Program-made: the position numbers and the translations under genes
Notes under the pieces: generated by a model
Databases searched by the model: none
Seen by the model: only the letters and a program-made list of their open reading frames with translations
What the model was told of the DNA's origin: nothing
Source of the DNA: Thermofilaceae archaeon
GTDB taxonomy: Archaea > Thermoproteota > Thermoprotei > Thermofilales > Thermofilaceae
Reading direction: 5' to 3'
Assembly: GCA_038727095.1 (NCBI GenBank)
Contig: JAVYWK010000002.1
Coordinates: forward strand, 1 to 64,000
Length of the DNA: 64,000 bases
Part shown: positions 58,557 through 64,000 of the stretch, one piece after another
Numbering within the stretch: position 1 is the stretch's first letter
Layout of the letters: each line of letters begins with the position of its first letter

Positions 58557-61500
58557 TCACACCACCTCCACCTTGTCTTTCAGAATTAGCTTGGGTGCAA
58601 TTCCTAGGCTCATAAGCTCCTGAAGTAGGAGTTTAAAGGCGTATGAAACGTATATCGGATAGAGCTCGCTTTTATCCCTGCATATAGGGCACGTTGGTTC
58701 GTTCTTCCTCGCGTCGTACCATCCTAGGAAACCGCAGTTATTACAAACGAATATCACGGTCTTGTCGGAGGATTCGAACAACCTCTCCCTGAGCAGTATA
58801 GACGCGCCATGACCCACTAAGCAGTCCTTCTCCATCTCACCGAATCTCAGGCCGCCCTCTCGCGCTCTGCCCTCTGTAGGCTGTCTCGTCAGAATCTGCA
58901 CCCGGCCGCGCGCTCTCGCATGAATCTTGTCTGCCACCATGTGGTGAAGCTTCTGGTAGTAGACCACGCCAATGAAGATTTCCGCTTCCAGTCTTTCGCC
59001 GGTAACGCCGTTATATAGAACCTCTTTTCCGTCACTTCTGAAGCCTAGCGTATGCAGAAGTTCTCTAAGTTGCTCTTCTGGCGTACCCTCGAATGCTGTA
59101 GCATCGATTGTGCGTCCCGTGAGTGAAGCAACTTTACCAGCTAGCGACTCCAGGAGTTGCCCTACGGTCATTCGTGAGGGAATAGCGTGAGGGTTGATTA
59201 GGATGTCAGGAACTACACCGTCTTCCGTAAAGGGCATGTCCTCGGCCGGTAAAATCAGGCCGATCACCCCTTTCTGGCCGTGACGCGAAGCAAATTTGTC
59301 GCCAAGCTCGGGGATCCGTGGGTCTCTCACTCTAACTTTCACTAGCCTATTCCCGTCAGCATCTTCAGCGATCACGACGCGGTCCGCAATCCCCGATTCG
59401 CTGGGTCTGATGCTAATCGAGGTGTCCCTCCTTCTCGTCGTTGCTCTAGGCTCGAAGAAGCTGCTAATAAAGCGCGGTGGGCTCGTTTTACCTATTATCA
59501 CTTCACCGCCTTTAACATCCGACTCGGGGAAGACTATGCCGTCTCTCGGATCAAGCTTTATGTATGCCTCCTTTGAACGATAACCCATTACATCATCAGA
59601 GGGTACTTCGATTCTATCCTCCTGTCCTCCAGGGTACTTCGTCTCCACGGTTTCGTAGGTTCTAAAGAACGTTGATCGTGCTAACCCTCTTTCGATAGCC
59701 GCTTTGTTAATTACGATAGCGTCCTGGATGTTGTAGCCCGCTCCGGTTAAAACAGCGACGATCACGTTCTGGCCGAAGGGCCTCTCATCAAGCTCCACCA
59801 GATCGAATACTCTTGTGCGGACTAAGGCTTTCTGCGGATAGTGGAGGAAGTGCATCCTCGGATCCATCCTGTGAAGGAAGTTAGCCATCGAGAAGCCTAG
59901 AGCCTGCTTAGCCATCGCAGCCTCGTAGCTGTTACGTGGAGACTGGTTATGCTCAGGGTATGGTATCACAGATGCTACGACGCCCAGTATGGCAGCCGGC
60001 GAAATCTCGAGGTGTGTGGTTTCCTCGTTCACTTCATCGATCGAAGGAGCAATGAGCGCGTTCTCCTCTTCTTCAGGATCCAAGTATTCTACAATCCCCC
60101 GTCTCACGAGGTCGCTCCAACTCCACTCACCACTCTTTAACTTCTCTATGTCTTGCTTTCTTAACTTCAACTTACCGTTTTCAACAACGAGCAAAGATCT
60201 TCGAATTCTACCGCCGTCACAGTTTATGTAAATCTCATCGATTTTTTCTGTTTTATAACGAACAACATTAACCTCGTGATGGATTTTGCCCTGCCTCCTC
60301 AGCTCCCTGATAATCTTCGCTAATGCATCGCCATTCTCGTGCAAGCCGATCAGCTTCATGTTGACGTAGACCTTTGTTCCAGAGATGCCTTTCTCTCGCG
60401 CCTCTCGTATCGGTATGACCCCGAGCTTATTTACCAGTACGTCGCTGATGCTTTCTTCATCTATACCTATCGAGATCATCGCAAGCAGGGCCAGGTTTTT
60501 CACAAGACCACAGTTCTGGCCTTCGGGGCTTTCAACAGGGCATAGCATCCCCCAATGAGTTGCGTGGAGTTCACGCGCCTCGAAATGCGGCTGGGTCCGG
60601 CTAAGGGGTGAGACAACCCTCCTCAAGTGGCTGATCGTTGATAGGTAGTTCGTGCGGTCGAGAATCTGACTTACACCGGTGCGGCCGCCCGGCCAGTTCC
60701 CAGTTGCCAGCGCGCTCCTCAGCTTATCCGTGATGACGTCGGCTCTCGCTAGGGTGAGGAGATTGATCTCCCTAGTCTTGCCCCTGCTCTTCTCAAGCTG
60801 ATAGCCTAGATCCTTTACGAACTGTTTAAACGCCTGCCGAAACACGCTTGCCATTAAATCTCCAGCGAGCTTGAAGCGTTTGTTAGCGAGATGGTCCTTA
60901 TCGTCCGGTGATCGTCGGCCTAAGACCAGCTCGATCAACCTTTCGACCATTTGACTCAGGAAGTAGGCCTTATCCAGCCTGTTTTCTGGCTTAGTACCCA
61001 AATGGGGGAGGAAGTATTGATCAATAACCTGCTGGGCGCGCTCTAGCCTGACATTCTTCGGCTGCCCTACGGCCACTCGAGCACCTATGTAGTCAAGGGC
61101 ATCATCGATGGTCATCGCGATTCGGCTTTGCTCAAGAAGGGAGGGATAGAGCTCATTTAGGATCTCTGGATCGCTCGTAATAGCATTAACGATCTCACGG
61201 TCACTCTCAAGCCCTAGCGCCCGCATCATCACAACCAATGGCACACGTGAGGGGATCGAGGGGAAGCTAACGTAGAACTGCCCGTCCTTCGTCCTTTCCA
61301 CGGTCACTGGTATCCTATAGGCAGCAGTCGAGGAGAATACCTTAGCAACGTGCGTTACCGAACCCCCAGTTGGCCCGTAATCTACAAGGATCCTGTTAAC
61401 GGCCAGGTCCTCCTGGACTATGAGTACCCTTTCCGAGCCGTTGACAATGAAGTATCCCCCAGGATCCTTTGGATCCTCCCCCACTTTCACCTGCTCTTCT

Positions 61501-61910
61501 CTGCTCATCTTTGAAAGAGGGCATTTCACCGATTTGACCATGATGGGGAGATCTCCGATATAGATTGTTGCCCTATCCTTCTCTTCTCCTTCTTCTACTA
61601 AGATCATTTCTAGGAAGAGGGGTGCTGCATAAGTTAGGTTCCTGAGTCTGGCCTCCATCGGTAGTATGGAGCTCTCTGAGCCATCGGCTTCCTTTACCCT
61701 GGGATTACCTACAGTAATTTTCCCAAAAACTACCTTTAAGCCTGGAATCCCAGATTCAACAGACCCTACTTCATTAATTATTTCTTGAAGTGTTTTTTCC
61801 ACGAACTTGTTGTAAGAATCTAAATGTTGGCGTACAAGACCATGCTCACGGATGAATGTTTCTATGAGGACCCATGCATCCTCTTTGCTATACTTCCATT
61901 CCTCGTCCAT
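58557..61910 (-). CDS. rpoB: RNA polymerase subunit Rpo2 (B), unsplit
   Basis: GGYFIVNGSERV, GDKFASRHGQKG, RQPTEGRAREGGLRFGEME, C-terminal Zn finger. Confidence 0.98.
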   Translation of the reverse strand: MDEEWKYSKEDAWVLIETFIREHGLVRQHLDSYNKFVEKTLQEIINEVGSVESGIPGLKVVFGKITVGNPRVKEADGSESSILPMEARLRNLTYAAPLFLEMILVEEGEEKDRATIYIGDLPIMVKSVKCPLSKMSREEQVKVGEDPKDPGGYFIVNGSERVLIVQEDLAVNRILVDYGPTGGSVTHVAKVFSSTAAYRIPVTVERTKDGQFYVSFPSIPSRVPLVVMMRALGLESDREIVNAITSDPEILNELYPSLLEQSRIAMTIDDALDYIGARVAVGQPKNVRLERAQQVIDQYFLPHLGTKPENRLDKAYFLSQMVERLIELVLGRRSPDDKDHLANKRFKLAGDLMASVFRQAFKQFVKDLGYQLEKSRGKTREINLLTLARADVITDKLRSALATGNWPGGRTGVSQILDRTNYLSTISHLRRVVSPLSRTQPHFEARELHATHWGMLCPVESPEGQNCGLVKNLALLAMISIGIDEESISDVLVNKLGVIPIREAREKGISGTKVYVNMKLIGLHENGDALAKIIRELRRQGKIHHEVNVVRYKTEKIDEIYINCDGGRIRRSLLVVENGKLKLRKQDIEKLKSGEWSWSDLVRRGIVEYLDPEEEENALIAPSIDEVNEETTHLEISPAAILGVVASVIPYPEHNQSPRNSYEAAMAKQALGFSMANFLHRMDPRMHFLHYPQKALVRTRVFDLVELDERPFGQNVIVAVLTGAGYNIQDAIVINKAAIERGLARSTFFRTYETVETKYPGGQEDRIEVPSDDVMGYRSKEAYIKLDPRDGIVFPESDVKGGEVIIGKTSPPRFISSFFEPRATTRRRDTSISIRPSESGIADRVVIAEDADGNRLVKVRVRDPRIPELGDKFASRHGQKGVIGLILPAEDMPFTEDGVVPDILINPHAIPSRMTVGQLLESLAGKVASLTGRTIDATAFEGTPEEQLRELLHTLGFRSDGKEVLYNGVTGERLEAEIFIGVVYYQKLHHMVADKIHARARGRVQILTRQPTEGRAREGGLRFGEMEKDCLVGHGASILLRERLFESSDKTVIFVCNNCGFLGWYDARKNEPTCPICRDKSELYPIYVSYAFKLLLQELMSLGIAPKLILKDKVEVV

Positions 61911-61913
61911 AAG

Positions 61914-62159
61914 CTACCCCCTCACTACCACTCTGAAGGCAACAGATACTCCTGCGGTGGGGCTCTTCCTCACTATCATGACCACATCGCCAGGCTTAGC
62001 TCCAATGGCTTTCGCAACAGGATCAGAAGCAAGCAGCCAGGGGAGTTGACGCCTAGTGACACCCATTCTCTTGAGAATCCTAGAGGCCTCCTCCTTGCTC
62101 AACAGTATATGCTGTGGTACGAGCTCGTGCTCGAGAATGTTTACTTTCCGTGTACCCAT
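61914..62159 (-). CDS. rpoH: RNA polymerase subunit Rpo5 (H)
   Basis: [31 protein letters not shown]. Confidence 0.97.
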   Translation of the reverse strand: MGTRKVNILEHELVPQHILLSKEEASRILKRMGVTRRQLPWLLASDPVAKAIGAKPGDVVMIVRKSPTAGVSVAFRVVVRG

Positions 62160-62184
62160 AGCTCTTGGCCCGAGGGAGGCGCTC

Positions 62185-62199
62185 TATATAAAGTTTAAG
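62185..62199 (-). promoter_or_regulatory. TATA box of the RNA polymerase operon
   Basis: Minus strand TTAAACTTTATATA about 26-39 nt upstream of the rpoH ATG. Confidence 0.65.
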
Positions 62200-62256
62200 C
62201 TAGTAAGACGTGGAAAGGGGAAAGAAATGCTGTAACGTAGCTGTAAACAGGCCGGT

Positions 62257-64000
62257 CTAGAGTTCGTCTACGCGCCTAGCCCAAACGTCTGGTAGGCCTT
62301 TCCTTCTTCTGCGCATTGGCCAGCCGAGCTCTTCGTCGTATCGCTCAATGCCTAGTGATTTCTCAATGAGGATTCTCCTCTCTATAGCTGCAACAAGCTC
62401 CCTAGTTCGGACAACGACGTCCGGGTTAACGCTCACGCTATCGATACCGTGCCTCACCAGGAACTCCGTGAACTCGGGGTATACGGAGGGGGCTTGGCCA
62501 CAAATGCTGACCGTCCTGTATCCGTACGGTGAGTTATGGGCCTTCTCAATCAGCATAGCTATGGCAGTTTTGACAGCCGGGTCTCTTTCGTCAAAGTACC
62601 TCGGATCGATCTTCGGTAGAATAGCGCTGTCTCTGTCAGTTCCGAGCGTTAACTGGGTTAAGTCGTTGCTCCCTATGCTGAAGCCGTCGAAGTACCTTGA
62701 GAACTCCTCCGCTAGGAAGACTATGCTCGGTACTTCAGCCATTGCCCAGATTTTGAAGTCTCTGCTGCTCTCAAGACCCTCCTCTGCTAAGATTTTATTG
62801 AACCTCTCAGCTTCCCATAGGGTTCTCACAAACGGCGCCATGACCCAAACGTTGGTGAGTCCCATTTCATCCCTTACCTTCTTGATCGCTCGAACCTCAA
62901 GGCGGAAAGCCTTCTCGTATTGCGGGCTAATGTACCTGCTAACACCACGCCAGCCTATCATCGGGTTGTCCTCGTGAGGCTCGTACTTTTCACCGCCAGC
63001 TAGCTGCCTATACTCGTTCGTCTTGAAGTCGCTGAACCTGACCACAATGGGCCTTGGATAGATCTCTCTTGCAACCATCGCTACGCCTTCGGCCATTCTA
63101 TCGACAAGAACGTCGCCCCTTCCCGTCTCGAACAGGTAAAGCGGGTGCTCCTTGACCCAGCTGGCCATAATGAACTCAACTCTCATCAGACCGATACCGT
63201 CGAACGGTAGGTCCTTGTACTCGTGTATCTTGTCGGGTACTCCCAGGTTCATGTAGATCTTCGTAGCGGTTACGGGCTTCAGGATGATCTCGATCGGTGC
63301 TGCTAAAGCCGGGGCGGGCTTCTCCTCCTTCTTGCCCAGCAGTTCCTCGATGTAACCCTCGTACACGACGCCCGCTCTCGCATCAACAGTGTATCCCTCA
63401 CCCGTCCTCATGACCTTGGTCGCTTCACGCGTACCCACGATGCAGGGGATACCGAGCTCCCTGCTGACAATCGCAGCGTGTGCGGTCATTCCGCCCTCGT
63501 CAGTCACAATCGCGGCGGCGAGCCTCATGTAGGGTACCCAATCCGGATCTGTCATTTTCGTCACAAGGATGTCGCCCTTCTGCATCAGCTTCTTCGCGTC
63601 CTCCAGAGTGAGACAGACTTTAGCGACGCCGTAAACCACACCAGGGCTTGCAGGTAATCCCTTCACTACAGGCTTCGCCTCCGCCAACCTAACAGCCTTC
63701 TCCTCAGCCGGTTTCGCTTCCACGGCTTTCGCACTCCATACCGTCTCGGGCCTTGCCTGAACTATGAACACGCTCTGAGGGAACTTGAGATCTCTATCGA
63801 CAGCCCATTCGATATCCATCGGCCTACCATAGTGCTTTTCGATCTTGACCGCAAGCTCAGCGAGCATGCGAACCTCGTCGTCATTTAAAGCGGGTGCGTT
63901 CCTTCTCCCAAGCTCTACTTCCCGTTCAATGTTCCGGCCGGTTGCAGGATCCCTAACTAGCTCTCTTACTTTCTCTGAAACCCTTCTCTCTACGATTTGA
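62257..64000 (-). CDS. ppsA: Phosphoenolpyruvate synthase, 5' end beyond the window
   Basis: [29 protein letters not shown] (phospho-His), [24 protein letters not shown]; frame stays open from 63867 to the window edge. Confidence 0.96.
   Translation of the reverse strand, partial: QIVERRVSEKVRELVRDPATGRNIEREVELGRRNAPALNDDEVRMLAELAVKIEKHYGRPMDIEWAVDRDLKFPQSVFIVQARPETVWSAKAVEAKPAEEKAVRLAEAKPVVKGLPASPGVVYGVAKVCLTLEDAKKLMQKGDILVTKMTDPDWVPYMRLAAAIVTDEGGMTAHAAIVSRELGIPCIVGTREATKVMRTGEGYTVDARAGVVYEGYIEELLGKKEEKPAPALAAPIEIILKPVTATKIYMNLGVPDKIHEYKDLPFDGIGLMRVEFIMASWVKEHPLYLFETGRGDVLVDRMAEGVAMVAREIYPRPIVVRFSDFKTNEYRQLAGGEKYEPHEDNPMIGWRGVSRYISPQYEKAFRLEVRAIKKVRDEMGLTNVWVMAPFVRTLWEAERFNKILAEEGLESSRDFKIWAMAEVPSIVFLAEEFSRYFDGFSIGSNDLTQLTLGTDRDSAILPKIDPRYFDERDPAVKTAIAMLIEKAHNSPYGYRTVSICGQAPSVYPEFTEFLVRHGIDSVSVNPDVVVRTRELVAAIERRILIEKSLGIERYDEELGWPMRRRRKGLPDVWARRVDEL

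Noticed and set aside
54665-61910. Inteins in RNA polymerase subunits (also considered for cdc48)
   Set aside because: Lengths are normal, conserved motifs are contiguous, and no intein-like insertion was seen.

Overview
Archaeal chromosomal segment, most likely from a Thermoproteales-related crenarchaeon (Thermofilum-like; inferred from unsplit RpoB, split RpoA'/A'', L14e/L30e, Cbf5, Taw3, FEN-1 and short promoter-to-start spacing). Bases 1 to ~9,000 are a visibly AT-richer surface-structure locus: a large secreted protein missed by the ORF track, a major type IV pilin, a PilB/VirB11-type ATPase, a TadC/FlaJ-type platform and five pilin-like genes. The remainder is GC-richer housekeeping sequence: spermidine synthase, sugar-nucleotide enzymes, a peptide ABC transporter, serS, fen, cdc48, ppa, eno, an intron-containing tRNA-Ser(GGA), cbf5, ribosomal proteins, the RNA polymerase operon and ppsA (truncated at the right edge). 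The most interesting items are the pilus locus; a three-domain MtrA-like/ThyA/DUF4346-like thymidylate synthase; a catalytically degenerate phosphomutase one base away from fusion with its upstream nucleotidyltransferase; an Ig-repeat surface protein coupled to a CcdA-like protein; nucleotide-level identity between the two Walker A regions of cdc48; and a reshuffled ribosomal/RNAP superoperon with an inverted rpoN. No CRISPR array, IS element, integrase, intein or rRNA was seen. Family names come from motif recognition, not from database searches.
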